Positions 12,844 to 27,609 are shown, counted from the stretch's first letter. The stretch is DNA of 64,000 bases from Utricularia gibba (GCA_002189035.1 NEEC01000002.1:3286001-3350000), one strand, 5' to 3'. Numbers and translations: made by a program. The notes: generated from the letters alone by a model not told the origin.

Positions 12844-15608
12844 ATGCCGGGGGCAAACAAGAAGGATGGATTCTGTATTGAAGATGATAACATAACGCTG
12901 AGAAGCCTGAAACTGAAACTAAAAACCCGGAAAAAGGGTGGTTTAGCTGCATCAAAAAGAGCTATATCGAATCGGTCGTACAAAGGAACTGGCAATGCTA
13001 GGCTTAAGAAGAAGATTCTCAATAAGGCCATTGCAATCAAGAAGAAAACCTGTAAGAAGGAGCCGTCTGTGAGCAGCACAAAGGTTAAAAATAAAAGGTC
13101 TGAGAAAGAAGGCGAAAAAGTAGGAGATCAGGATGTGAATCCTCGAAAGTTGAAGTGGAGACGCAGGAAAAAGAACAGAAGAAACAATCTGGAACTAGAT
13201 GAAGCTTCCCGGTTGCAAAGAAGGACGAGGTACTTGTTGATTAAGCTGAAGCTGGAACAAAACCTGATTGATGCGTATGCTGCAGAAGGCTGGAAAGGTC
13301 AGAGGTATGAATTCTTGCTCCCTTTTTACCCTTTTCACCTGATTTTTTGCTCTAAAGCTTCGTGCTTTATTTCAGTCGGGAGAAGATCAAACCAGAGAAG
13401 GAACTACTAAGAGCCCAGGAGCAGATACTGAAGTGCAAGCTTGGTATACGTGAAGCCATTCACCAACTGGATTTGCTTGGTTCAGAAGGGTGCAATGATG
13501 TTTTGACAACCGCATTGGACGGAGCTGTTCCTTTAAAAAATGTAAGGCTTTCTGTTATTACATGAAAGGATGAGGTTTGATCTATATTGATATTGCATCA
13601 GATTGTTAGCTCAATGCAATCCATTTGATTTCTTGTGGAATAAATATACGTGTGATTCAAATACATTCTTCTCAATTCATTGCTATTCATCACACTGTTC
13701 CCCTTGAATTCCCACCAGATCGTCTGTGCCAAATGTAAGTCGCAGGAACCTACTCTGGAAAATGCCATCATACGCTGTGATGGGACATGCTTCCGTGCCT
13801 TTCACCGAAGGTGTATTGATCCTCCTGTGCCATCGGAAGATAGTGAGCTTCTCGACTTGTTCTTTTCTTCTCATATGATGTCTTATCATTCAAGAGCTTG
13901 AATGCCTTGGCATGCGTTTTATGAACTTTCCAGTTCCTTCAGATGGTGAAGGGTGGTTTTGCAAATTCTGTGAGAAGAAGAAGGAGATATTAGAAGCAAC
14001 AAATGCTCACCTCGGAACCCAGTTCCCTTTGGACAGCAATTGGGAGGTATTCTTCCTCATAACCTGCTCACCAAAATTTGATTTATTTACATCTTGTGAG
14101 ATAGTTTGAACCATGGAATGGTATCAGGATGTTTTCAGGGACGAGGCTGCTTTACCTGAAGTTGGAAGTTCAATGGTGTTTCAGGAAGAAGAATGGCCAT
14201 CCGATGATTCTGAGGATGATGACTATGACCCAAATAGAGTTGAGAACAGCTGTAGGAGTGATGGTCAAACAGCATCCAAGTCTGATACTACTGGCTGTTC
14301 TTCAAGTTGGCTGGGATCAGTTGAGGATGAATCTATTTTTACATCTGGAGGAATTGAAGTGGAGAGTGTAAGATGTTCTAATGGTATGCACATTGACAAT
14401 GATAACTTCAATAATGATGAAGTGAGCGGACCCAGACAACGAGCTGCTGTCGACTACATAAAGCTATACGACGTGAGTAATCTAGTCTAGTGTTAAATTA
14501 CATTATCCAAAACTTTCCCATCATGGAAATTTTGTTGGTTTCGTAGGAAATGTTTGGGAAGAATGCAGAAAATGAGCAACACAGTGAAGATGAAGATTGG
14601 GGTCCCGGGAAGAGGAAAAGGAAGGTAAGGGAGACTGATGCTGCCAGCACCCTCATGGCTCTAGGGGAAACTGATATAAAAGAGTTAGAGGGCATGGCTT
14701 CCATGCCTATACATAAGGATTCCCTTGAGCAGGTGAAAGCGAAAAAGCGGAATCTGAGGCTACCTCCTGAAGCAGTAGAGGTGGAAATAAAGGATGACTT
14801 CATCTGTTCTGTTTGTGGTACGTATACTTACTGTTCAGTTTTTTTTTCTTTATTTCAGGAACTCCGTGTTGTTTTCAACGAGAATGAGCTTCCTGAAAGG
14901 GCTCTGAGGGTCGATCTTGCGAGGCGGTTAGGTGTCGAACTTGATAAGGTTAGCCACCGGCAAATCAACGTGAGGATAATCAACAGGGAATGATCTGATA
15001 CCATTGAGTCTGTGTATAGGTCAACAAATGGTTCAAGAATGCGCGTTACCTGGCCTTGAAGGCAAGAAAGGAACCCGAAAGAAAAACTTGCAAGGAAAAC
15101 CACGTGATCGGATCAAGGGACCTTGGCGCCTTGCAAAACTGTAAAAAGGCTAAAAGGGAAACTCACTCGCACACCAAAGGAAATCATAGAAGGAAATCCT
15201 TGAGGCACAATGCAGAGAATAGCCAGGTTATGTTGAGCGTACATAGACAGGCACAAGTTTCTGAAACTTTTTCATCGTGTACTTGTACTGACATGTCATA
15301 TTGTTCACCACCAGAAAGCCAACCTCGACCCAGGAGATGACGTGAGCCTGAAATTTTTGAGGGAGAAAGCAAGAGAAGCGAGAAGGAAATCGAACAACAA
15401 GAGAAAAAGCAGTATGCTGAAAGCTGGAGCGGATATGGAGAAACTGTGTAGAATGAAGAGCAGAGTTGAGAAAATGCAGCAACTTCTACTTCAGCTTCCA
15501 GTTCGAAGGTTCTCCAAGTCGAGTACAGTTAGCAGCTCCAAAACCTCGATCATGTTTGTGCCTGTGGCTGAAGTGAGGGAGAAGAGGGAAGCTGCAGAGT
15601 TCCCTTAA
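12844..15608 (+). CDS. PRH: Pathogenesis-related homeodomain protein (PHD finger plus homeodomain)
   Basis: Nine exons: 12844-13304, 13376-13541, 13719-13842, 13934-14046, 14128-14472, 14547-14780, 14859-14948, 15020-15226, 15315-15608. Total 2034 nt (677 aa). Conserved [25 protein letters not shown]4HC3 PHD (CAKC..CDGTC..H..C..WFCKFC), homeodomain helix 3 [10 protein letters not shown]. Confidence 0.92.
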
Positions 15609-16689
15609 CAAAAGAAAGGAGTTCTTTTTCAGTTTTTTTATAGTGGCGTATAGGTGCTGTTCTCTGCATGCATTACTATAGAAGATGAAAAGGGGAATGA
15701 TATACATACAAAGACATAGTTGAACATCTCTTTGTTAAAGCTGATTCTCCAATGGGTAGGGAAATTACTCTGAAAAAAAAAAAAGAAATGCAAAAAAAGA
15801 AAAAACAGAAAACACTGAACTAGACTAGCAAATTAAATAATGCCTCTTAATTAAAGAGCAGAGTGCTTGGCCAAGGTGATTTTGAAAACCATGCATGCTG
15901 TTGTTTAGAAAATTATTCACTATGTGAATTACATAAACTCAATTTTAGAAAACTATCCACCTTATTTATATTTATATACTATATTATAAATATCATAATT
16001 TATATTTCCTTGATATGCGATAATGTTTATCATAAAGATAGATTTTTCATTATCTTTTTATAATATTTATCAAAATTATTTTAATTTTTTAAAATCTGTA
16101 TTTGTAATATAAAAATTTCATTATAAAAAAACTGATTGATTTTTATTATTGAAAAATAATAATATATTACTTATTAAAAATAAGTATTTAAAAATATTTT
16201 TATTGATTTGTTGGGACAACTTACGTTTTTTAAACAATAATTTGTTTCAATAGTAATTTATAATGAATATTAAACAACATTGCCATATAACTTAACAAAA
16301 TACAAAAAAAAATTAGGTTATGCGAATTAATTTTAATAAAATTATTAAAATTTATTCTGGATTTTCAAAATTTTATTATTAGAAATATCCATCACTTTAA
16401 ACAATTTTATTAATTTAAAAGCATTAACTAATTTTTCACAATGCTTATAATTAAATAATTTATTTATTCAGGTTTTAATTATATATATTTTCAAGTATTC
16501 TTATATTAAAAATATCTCCAATAACACCAAAAATAACATATGTACAAATACTGCATATTCACATGAACATAATGTTTTATTATCAAAATTATAGTATGAT
16601 CACTGTAATTATTAGATTGTAGTAACTATGTAAATAATATTTTTAAATGGATAAGTTGTTGTAATTGTTCGATTCCATGTATGATATTT

Positions 16690-19600
16690 TATATTTAAAT
16701 GGAATATCATTAAATTTAAAAATACTCGAATTAATGTTTCTAACATTGTTTAAATAGATTATTTAATACTTTCATTTATAAAAAATAAGTTACTTTATTA
16801 AACATTGATAAATATTAATTACATATAATTCTGAAAAATATGTAATCATTGTTATTTATTATTTAAATTCATTTGATTGAAACATTTTATTGAAACAATG
16901 AATATGTGAAATATTTTTAGAAAAAAACCTTTTGAACATTATATGTTATTTAGATTGAGTATGTTTTTTCGAATGAGTATATTTTCATTTCAAATTCGTG
17001 CTATGCATCACTTGATCTATATGTTTTATTTGAATCGAGTGTATTTTGTTTTATTTTAAATTTGTATTATATATCATCCGATCTTAAAGTATTATTTGAA
17101 TTGAGTAACTATTTTTCATTTTAAATTTATATTATCCATCATTTGATATAAAAGTATTATTTATAATGAGTATCTATTTTTTATTTGAAATTTTTATTAT
17201 GTATTACTTGATCCAGAAGGGTTATTTGGATTGAGTGTCTCTTTTGTTTATCTTAAATTTATATTATATATCATTTGATAATTAAATGTTATTTGAATCA
17301 ATTAATTATTTTTATTTTAAATTTTTGTTACACATATATCAACCTTGTTTAGTTACTTTACTATAAAATTAATTAGAATTTGAATTTTTAATCATTCATA
17401 AAAATAAATTACTTTATTAAGCATTGATAAATATTTAATTAAATTTCTATTTTTTAATAAAATAACTAAAATTGACTTAATCGTTCATAAATATTATTGA
17501 TATTTTGTTTATATATAAACGTACTAGTTTTTAAATCATGAATAGAATTATTTAGGTAATATTTATCATATAGGTTTCTACAAATAAAAATTGTGCATTT
17601 TAGTGCAATCCACATAGTTGGATATTGTTTTTTTTCCTAAAAATAATTTTCGACAATCATTCTTTTAATAAAAAAAGATAGATTAAAATATTTTTATTAA
17701 AATATAAAAAAAACTCATTCATAATTCTTGAAAAAAAATTGCTCATACATCAATGAAAATATATTATTTAAAAAAAAAAAAACGTTGCAAACTAAATAAG
17801 GTGGACGAGTATCGGTGTCATTAAGTTTAATCTAAACTAAAAATAATAAGTATTTATTTTCCAAAATACCTATTTTTTTCATCAAAATACATGTGATTCT
17901 TTTGTTTATTTTCAAAATATCTTTAAAAATGAAGAGGTTTTACATAAACAAATAAAAAAACATTTCAATGAAGTTAGTGATAATATAAAAAGTGGGGATG
18001 ACATTAAACTATAGGTATTTGTCCAAAAAAAAATGCATATTATAGTAATACTCAACATCTTGTGTCAATCATAACATATCAAGATAATGTGTATGTTGCC
18101 ACCTTCATTACATGCATTATTTTCAAGCTAATCATAAATGTACAACTCAAGATAAATACAAGTATGTATATGTAAATATAATTAAATTTATAATATTAAA
18201 ATAAAAGGTACATTGTAAAATTTAAAGTATAAAATATAACATCTTATTAGATATATAACACATTTTTAATGAAGATTTGTTTTCATCAATAATATATTAT
18301 TGATAATTTGAGCCTTACTATATTTATTCTAAACTTTTGTTAGCTATCCTAACACTATATTTTTGAATAATTTGTTAATAACCTTTACATTGATTAGAGT
18401 GATATAATATGCATCCCACTCAAATACCCACTTGTTTAGTTTACTGTATTAAAAAATCTATTGAAGCATTATAAATATTAGTGACAACCAAATTGCAACA
18501 TCTAAATAATAAAAATTGCAATATCAAAGTATTAGAAACACCAATTCATGAATTCTCTATAAAAGGTATCAAATACATTATATATTAACAAAAATAAATG
18601 TGTAAAGAGTAAATTTTGATAACAAATTTAAAATAATGAATCAAAGATAATCCATGTAATAAAAATAATCGAATAGTTATGAAATGAAAAAATAATTTCT
18701 TTTAACTTTTTATAGATATATTTTCATGTCTCGATTGTAAATATAATTACTTTTAAAAATAGTTCTGTATCAGTTAGGTCACAAAAGTCTTATTTATATA
18801 ACAAAATAATCAATTTCCTTTCAATTTGAGGATCATCATTTAAGATTGCTTCACATGATACCATTAATTCATGAGAAATTGACAGATTCTAGATTTTGCA
18901 CTTCATTTTGTGTTCTATTTTGTGAACAATTAAGGATTTCCAATAATTTTCCCGTACCTTTAAAAAGTATGATTTGATTGATGCTTACAAATTTCATTTT
19001 ATCAAATTTTATTATTCTTTATTCATATTATATTATTGGTGGATTACTTAAAGGAATAACAATCACCAACGCCATGATTTTTGAGTTCGTTATGTATAAA
19101 ATATATTTTTAGGACAATATACTCATTTATGAAAGTTATATTTTTTATGACAAGTTTTACGTAATCTACATTGGATGATTTATAATCTTAGTTATATGAG
19201 GTAATTGATATTTTAAACTCTCTATATGATTTACAGTTTTTGATGCGGTATTATGATTTTGAAAATAATGAAATGCATTACATGCAATTTTCATCCCAAA
19301 TGGATTTATTCTTTTTGCACAATTATAGTCTTACTAATATTCCGTGGGATTTATTTGTCATACTTAATACTCATAAGTTCACGGTAAACTCAAGTGGAGT
19401 TTATGTTATGCTCTTTCAAGGCATTCATCCCACCCTCTTTATTATTACCAAATACAAGATCTAAAGGAAGTGGTGAGTTACAACAACTGCAATGATTTCT
19501 TACAAGAAAATTTAGACAATTATGTGGAATATGAATTCAATACAACCCCAAATATTAAAGGTGATTTAATGTTACATTACAACAATGGCTATGAAATACC

Positions 19601-20300
19601 TAGTGCGGATGTTCCTCTTAAAGGAGATCATGAAAACAATAAGTTTGAGGTAGAAGAGTGAGAACAAGAATAAGATTTAAGAAATACAAAATAGGCACCG
19701 ATGGCCACTTTAGCATAAGGGGAGATATTTCAGATGAATCACTTTCACCACTCTACGTTGATATTTTATTAGAGGGATAACATTTTTCTATAAAGGAAGA
19801 TATTTGTCCAATAGCCCAAGACTTTTTTATACAAATTGGAAAAGAGTACAAAGTATTTAATAATAAACCAGAGGTGATTGCCATAATATGAAAACATAAC
19901 AAAGAAATCAATTACAAATGGAGAATCTATGGTGCTTACATAAAAGGTTCAATAAGTAGAAGATTACTAAACACATGGACCCTTACACATGCAGATCGCT
20001 TGGTGTTGGTTTTTTCCAATACAAAAATGTTAAATTTATAATACATAAGATTTTCAGGCTCATTTATGACACTTGAGAGATATCTTTGCAAAAACTTTTG
20101 AGTTTTTTTTGAATAAAATGGTTATTCAGAATCAAAGGACAATGGTTGATTAAAAACATAAAGATAATCGTATGTTGTATATTATTTCCTCAACAAATTT
20201 TTATTTGAGAAATATAGAATACAAATAAAGCTTAGTATGAATGTAGATTTTAGAGAGTTGAGTTTTACGAAAAGTATGTTGAACTAAACTTTTACAAATT
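16690..20300 (+). mobile_element. Decayed MULE, copy 2 (inverted relative to copy 1)
   Basis: ORF 19470-19661 (NDFLQENLDNYVEYEF..) is a paralogue of minus ORF 8621-8887 (NDFLQENLDNLLEYNF..). GKEYKVF..NYKWRIYGAY is MuDR-like. Several nucleotide anchors match copy 1. Confidence 0.7.
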
Positions 20301-20399
20301 TTTACGGATTTTTAAAAGGGTGTTTTGAAATACAAAAATAAAATATACAAAACAAGTAATAGACCTTGACTAAGAGACGCATTTCCTAGGAATGGATTC

Positions 20400-21270
20400 C
20401 ATTTCCTTCTTTTGTATATCCTTGTCTCGACTTTCACTGATTCTTTTTGAATAGCTAGTTATAGAAGCAAGGAATAGCCTACTCTTACTTACACTCTAAT
20501 TAACAAAGAGACACGAAAATAACCTCATGTGATTCCCCATTGAATAATTGAGAAGACAAAAGAATTGTTATCGATTGTTCTCAAAACTGAATTCTGTGTG
20601 TGTGCTCAGTTGTTTTTAATGACAAGTAGCGGGTGCGAGGTCACTAACCGTCCACTGTTGCGGTACCTCGGTCATAAACAATTCACTATCTCCCTCAAAC
20701 CAGTAGGGTTGGAGATGATGCTCTTCATCTTGCTGTTCATCAAAATCCATGAGAAGTGGCCTACTACTCATGTATCGTGACTAGAAGACGTTATAGAAAG
20801 ATTGTAATATAACGCATGAAAATATGCAAAATCCGGAAGAATTTCAATATAGAACCGAGATTGATGCTCAAAACGTATAAGGAAACTTCATCTACTCCCT
20901 GAAACTAAAAAAATTTAACCATTTGATGGGTGTCATTTCCACAACAAATTTTAATACTTTTAAAACTCGTAAAACACTAAAGCGTAGTATGGGTGTCGAA
21001 CACAGGGAGTTGTTTTTGAGTGAAAGGTGAGGCATCCTGAATACAACTGTCACGATTTGTAAACGGTTTTGAAGGTGGAAGGTGCGAGAACCGTTGATGA
21101 TGAAGCTTGAGTAAGAGAATGAGAGGGGTTTTGAACAAACAACTAAAATGAACGTAAGCGATAAACCTTAAATAAAATAAATATTCATGGGTTTGGAATC
21201 CTGTCCAGCTATGTTCATCACGTTTTCACTCTTCTCTGGTCTCTCGAATACTCGATTATAGTATTTTGCA
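20400..21270 (-). mobile_element. Gypsy (Athila/Tat-like) LTR 3' end plus adjacent internal remnant
   Basis: The reverse complement of 20924-21270 aligns with 40670-40980 (..CTGTGTTCGACACCC..TACT..GACACCCATCA). It ends in CATCA followed by AATGG, a degenerate PBS start. Confidence 0.65.
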
Positions 21271-22039
21271 ATTGTAGTTACTATTTTATAATTTAAATAA
21301 TGAAACTTACGTCCATGTGAATATGCATCATTCGCACATATAGTATTTTTCATTTTATTGGGACTATTTTAAATATAAAAATACTTGAAAATATGAATTT
21401 TTGAAATTTCAATAAGTGAAGTATTTAACAATAAAATTTATGAAAAATGAATTAAGACTTTCATATTAATAAAATTGATTTGAAAGTATGAAGATTTATA
21501 ATAACAAAATTCTGAAAATACAAAATACTTGCTATTTTATTATTAAATTTCATTTAAATTAATTCAAAGAGCATAAATTGTTCTTAGATTTTGTTAAATA
21601 ATATGACAATATTGTTTAATATTAATTTTAATAATCGTTATTTATATAATTAATTTACCTCTAAAACAAATTATTATTTAAAAGAAATGAATAAAAATCT
21701 TTTTAAATACTTATTTTAACAACTAATATATTATTATTTTTCAATAATAAAGAGCAATCTGTCTTTTATGATGAGTAATATTTATTTAATTTTTTTAATA
21801 TTACAAATACAGATTTAACAAAATAAAAATAATTTCTGTAAATATTATAAAAATTTATGCAAAATCTATTTTTCTGAGAAGCATTATTGCATATTAAAAA
21901 ATAAAAAATTATGATATTCATAAAAAATATATAATATGTAGGAAAATATGTAGTTTTCTAAATTTGAGTAGATGTAATTAATTTAGTGAGTTGTTTACTA
22001 AAGTACATTTTTTATAGTAGGTAGTTTTGAAGATGACTT

Positions 22040-22125
22040 GCTCGGCCCACATTAAAGAATGTCTGGCCCATAACGTAAAGCCCAAGGCGAATTTTGTTCG
22101 GTTAGGTATTAAAGTGGGCTAGGTT
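22040..22125 (+). promoter_or_regulatory. Site II (TGGGCY/RGCCCA) cluster of the RPL7 promoter
   Basis: GGCCCA at 22044 and 22065, AGCCCA at 22079, TGGGCT at 22114, just upstream of the leader exon. Typical of plant ribosomal-protein promoters. Confidence 0.6.
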
Positions 22126-22669
22126 TTCCACTTTGCGAGCGCCTCTGCCGCCGGGATTTGCTTGGACACTCATTCACCTTTTCGGGTAATATTCTAAGCT
22201 TTGTTTTGCTGGTCGCTATGCGGCTTGATCTCTTGGCGGTAGTTTGATTTGCTTTAGGTGATACATGATTCATTATTGTTGTGTTTTTTGAGTATGGCAA
22301 TGCTAGTGGTGATAAGCAAATCGGTTTATGGTTACTTTTGATAGATGGGTATCCGGATGCGTGATCTTCAGTGCATTTCTTGTTTGGCATGATTTCAGCG
22401 AGCGTTCGCCTGATAGAGAGATTCAGTGGATCCTGTTTAGTTTGCTCTCACGGTTCACATCATTCCTGTAATTTACGGTTGATTTCGTGGTGAATCACGT
22501 CGCTTAATTTTGATATTTGGCATCCTTTTATTCTTTTTTCTTATGTTTAGATCGGGGACTCGAAACTTATGTTAGAAAATTGGCTACAAAGTGTTATTGC
22601 TATGATATTTGTGCAAATTGTCGTTTGTTTTTGCCTTGGGATAATGCTGACATTATTTTGTGTCATCAG

Positions 22670-23841
22670 ATGGCTGAGGTCGTAGCAGGTAGTGTCATAG
22701 TTCCGGAGTCCGTTTTGAAGAAGCAGAAGAGGGCCGAAGAATGGGCCCTTGCTAATGCAAAAGCGCTAGAAAATGCAAAGAAAAAGAGAGCCGTGACAAG
22801 GAAGTTGATCGTTAAAAAAGCTAAGCAGTACGCTGAGGAATATGAGAAAAAGGTCTTCTTACATTTCTGCTCTTTTCAAGAAATACGAGCTTTCACATTC
22901 TTCTCGAATTGTATGAGCCTTTTGGAAGGATGTAAAACATCTGTTTTGTCTTGAAGGAGAGAGAGTTGATTGAGCTAAAACGTGAGGCTAGGTTAAAGGG
23001 TGGATTTTATGTCAGTCCAGAAGCCAAGCTCGTATTCATTATCAGAATCCGTGGGTAAGGCTTGAGGCTTCCCTGAGATTTACGATCTCTGCTTGAAATC
23101 TGGGAGGATGTAGCTGATATTTTATTCATCAATATTTTAGTATTAATGCTATGCACCCAAGAACCAAAAAGATTTTGCAGCTTCTAAGACTGCGACAGGT
23201 ACATCTTACTCCTGTGAAGGAATGCTCATGTCTAGATTCCGTGCCTCACGCAGTCATTCTGTATTTGTATCGTTTAGATCTTCAATGGTGTTTTCCTGAA
23301 AGTCAACAAGGCTACGATGAATATGCTGCACAAGGTCGAGCCTTATGTAACCTATGGGTAAGCACCTATTCATTTTTCATTCCAGGTGCATAGGGAATAA
23401 AGCTCCCGAGTTTCTAAGAAACATTTTTCCCATTCAACAGGTACCCAAATCTGAAGAGTGTCAAGGAGCTGATCTACAAGCGAGGCTATGGAAAAGTAAA
23501 CAAGCAGAGGATCGCCTTGACAGATAACTCCATCATCGAACAGGTTCAGCATTTGGCACAGTAATCAATCACCCAAGAATTCCAGATGCACTCATGTTTA
23601 AACTGTTGGTGCAATATCATGTTAGGTGCTTGGGAAGTATGGAATTATATGCATGGAGGACCTGGTACACGAAATCGTTACCGTGGGTCCCAGCTTCAAG
23701 GCAGCGAACAACTTCTTGTGGCCTTTCCAGCTCAAAGCTCCTTTGGGCGGCTTGAAGAAGAAGAGGAATCACTATGTAGAAGGTGGTGACGCCGGCAATC
23801 GCGAAGATTACATCAATGAGCTCATCAGAAGAATGAACTAG
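22670..23841 (+). CDS. RPL7: 60S ribosomal protein L7 (uL30)
   Basis: Six coding exons: 22670-22852, 22957-23054, 23141-23198, 23278-23357, 23441-23543, 23626-23841. Total 738 nt (245 aa). Motifs [30 protein letters not shown] and [19 protein letters not shown]. The ATG directly follows the acceptor of a probable 5'UTR intron (22186-22669). Confidence 0.96.
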
Positions 23842-24509
23842 GTGAGATACTTGGGATCCGATATTTGAACCCGTACGCCTGTCTGCTTTCCCCGTTTCTT
23901 GTTCATTTCTGTTTCTGGAATATCCATCTGCATCCTAGTTTTTCCGAAAGGCCTTTGTGAAGTGATCCGGTGGTATCATTTCTTGTTGTCATTCCTTATT
24001 CTGAAAAGGACGCTACTGTGGTTAATGTGTTGATGAATTAAGTAGAAACGAAGCGTTAAAACGCTGCGAAGTCAACGGAATTGTAAAACATGGTGACAGC
24101 CCGGTCGGCCGGCAGGTTTAAACAAAGGCGCAGGAGTGACCTTGGCCAGTGGTTGACGAATGTTTGGTATATCTTTTTATTCTCATGAGAAATTAATATT
24201 TCTACATAAACGTTTATAATTTCCTAGTTTACTAATGAGAATGTAAAATTTTCGTTCTCTAAACTCGAATATAAGATGGGTCATTTTATTGATTTCAATT
24301 TTTAATTTAATTATAATGATATCATTTACAATAATATCATGTTTTCTTTTTCCTCTCAATTTTTGATCACCTTTACCAAAATTTCTCACTTATAGAGTTT
24401 TTTTTCCATTTCTTTTTCCTCTAAGACTTTGACTAATTTTGCATCAATAAAAGGATATTATACCCTTGAACACAAGTAAAATCTTCTATAGATCAACACT
24501 AATTCCAAG

Positions 24510-26760
24510 TTTAGAGAAATGCTAAGGGACCTCTACGTGAACATTCCCTTCACCAATGTGATGTTATAAATGCCTATATATGCAAACTTCTTGAAGGACT
24601 TTTTGGTTAATAGAAGAAAAATCGAGAATGATATAGTAATTGAGCAGTCCAATAAGTGTAGCATCTTGAAGCATGGGCTAGTAAAAAAACATGTTGATTT
24701 AGGAATGTTTACTATGCCATGTGGGATTAGAAATCACTAGTTTTAGAACTGTAGTATGATCTTAGAGTTCATTGGTTCAATCTTATATCTTATTCTCTAA
24801 TCAAAGCATTGAATCTGGAGGCGTTTAGTACAACAAAGATTCAACTGATTTTTGTGGATAGAATAACCAAAAGCCTAGACATGATTGGGAAATATTATGT
24901 TTCTTGCAACTTTATGTGCTAGACATAGTATTAGATGTGGAGTTACTCGTGATCATTCACACCAACTATAGAGCCTTTATTGATGTTCAAGGTGGGAAAT
25001 TAACACTTTGGTTTGGCAAAGATAAATTGGAGTTTAATGTGGATCAAGTAGATAATGCTGCCACACAAGAGCATTTGAACGCAATTTTTCTTCACAAAGT
25101 TCAACAAATCATACCCTAGTCAATCAAGAGTAAGTTTTAGAGGATTCTCTAATGGGATGGCAAAACTAAAAATGGAGTTGAAGGCAAGGAGAGAAGTGTG
25201 ATTGAAGAAATTACCATCCTCATTGATGTACGAATTCCTAGAAGCTAACCACACCTATCCAGTTATTATGAACACATGGTGAAATGAGGAACGAACTCAA
25301 AGCTTGTTGGAGGTACTTAGAGCGCATAGGCAAGCCATTGGATAAGTTATGTGTACTGCATACCAAAAAAGAAACCTAGAAACTTTCGAATGATGACATT
25401 ATCTACCTTATCTTACACAATCAATGGTAATTTATGTGTTGTGCATACCAAAAAAGGAGAGACGTTAGTAGGATAAAATAAGGAGAGATTATACTCACGT
25501 ACAAAATCATAAAACAAGAAATTCGTATCGATGTTGGAAAACTAAATGAAGCAAACAAAAATGATTATTACCCATCATCCTTCATTGATTAGATTTTTTG
25601 AATAGCTTAAATAACCAAGTTTTTTATTGTTATATTGATGGTTAATCTGGCTATTTTCAAATACTCATACAGCTTAAGTATTACCACAAGGCCATGTTTA
25701 TTTCCTGTTTTGGTACTTTTGCATATAAGAGAATACAATTCAGCTTATGGAAAATATCATGAATATTTCAAAGATATATAACATCCATCTTTATGGACCA
25801 TATTGAGAAAATAATGTAAATATTCATGTATAATATATTTGTCTATAGAGTTTATTTTCATTCTTGTTTATAGAACTTAAGCAAAATTTTGAAAATATAT
25901 ATTGACCAAAAGAGAAGAAAGTCAGTATTGAGTATTGAGTATCAGTGATGAAACTTGGCACAGGAGAGTTTTTATAGAAAGACAATTTTTGTACATAGAT
26001 TTTTTGATATACTTTGTACTGCGATACATAACTTCTTGCATTACACTTGTTTTATAGTAAATTCAAACTAGCCGTTGACATTCACCCATTGCAATGGACA
26101 GGTTCCTCGATTTTCAGCAGATTTATTTCTTGGGGGCTGCTAGTTTGTCTTGTTGTTGGGCCCAGTTGGATCTTGGCACCAATGTCTTTGACCCCACAAT
26201 CTCATGTCTTTTGTCTCCTTGGTAAGAGCCACATCCTGTAATTCATTCTTGTTTCACCAATTGGTAGGGTACGAGTTCTTCATTCGCGGGTGAACCTTCC
26301 TCCTAGCTCGTTGGATGGATTAGATGAAGATTAACTAAATCGTCATTTCTTATCATTTTCCATAATCAAAATCATAAAAAACCTACCACTGCTCATCACA
26401 GTTGAAGAAATACAAAGTTTCTATATCATTTCTATAAAAAATTTAGTACAACTTTTTAGATGTTACTATATTACTAACAACATTGCTTGTGAAAAATATA
26501 AATAATCTTTTTTTTTGTGAGGAGTGTTTATAAGTTTTCAGCATATTGATACTAATTCCCACATCATCATCAATTCTTCAACCACCTTTTGAATTGATGT
26601 ATGATACATGATAATATGATAAAGTTTATCTTAAGACATAGGAAGGATAAAATGATTTATGTGATTTATTATTTGAATAAAACTTTGAATGATACATAAA
26701 GGAACTACATAACCATTGAGAAATAACTCCTAGCAATTATTAGAACTCAATGAATTGGTG
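24510..26760 (+). mobile_element. Gypsy/Athila pol remnant (protease, RT, RNase H), heavily mutated
   Basis: Degenerate NIPFTN..MPIYANFLKD, IDVQGGKLTLWFGKDKLEFNV (protease end), KNDYYPSSFID, FGTFAYKRIQF (RT) and TTFELMYD..KTLND..NYITIEK*LLAI (RNase H). Many stops and frameshifts. Confidence 0.75.
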
Positions 26761-27609
26761 CTAATGATGTAAAAATAGGATATAAAATAAAAAATTAGTA
26801 AAAAATTTTAATCCTAAATAAAACTAATAGTAACAAAATAATATAATAAAAAATACAGAAAACAATAAAGTAAATATTAAACTCTAACTTACATAAAATT
26901 AAAATGTGGATACCTTAGAGAGTACTGAAAGTATGTTGACTTGAACTATGATTTTAAAACTAAAAAATGTCAACTAGTTCAAGATTATCTAGATGTATTC
27001 GAAATAACTTCTATGATTTTGAGTTTTATGTTGCTAAATATCCTAAATAATCTATACTTAAATCTATCATTTCGTAAGATAAATAAAATTAGATCTACTA
27101 GATTCTCTCGATTTCTACCAATAAAAACATATTTCACTTCTTTTGTCTATCTCCAAGATTAGGTTTTCTATAGATGTTTCATACTTTTTGCCTCCTATAA
27201 ATGTCTAACTTTTTATGGTTAGACCCTAGTCAAACTTAACATATCCACATTTCTTACTTAAGATACCACAATTATCTTAATCATTTAGAAAAAACTAAAT
27301 AACAAAATTTCATAAAATGAATGTAAAAGTCCGTGTATAATCACAGTTTAGAGAGTAAAACAAGAAATATAAAATGCTCACAATGCATAAAGAAAATAGA
27401 ATTCAATTTTATATTCTCTATCAATTATTGTTCCACGGTTGAATGTAAAACCTAGTACGGAATTAGATTCATTGTTGATAGAACTTCAAATAAAACTAGT
27501 ACGGAATTAGTTATGCATCTAATATAAATTGAAAGGGTCTTAAGTAAATAACGTCATCTATCATGCAAGCACTCTTGAAAGATCTACTAACCATGATCTA
27601 CTATTATAA

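Noticed and set aside
22186-22669. snoRNA in the RPL7 5'UTR intron
   Set aside because: Only partial boxes (ATGATT..CTGA 20 nt apart); no terminal stem or correctly spaced H/ACA boxes.
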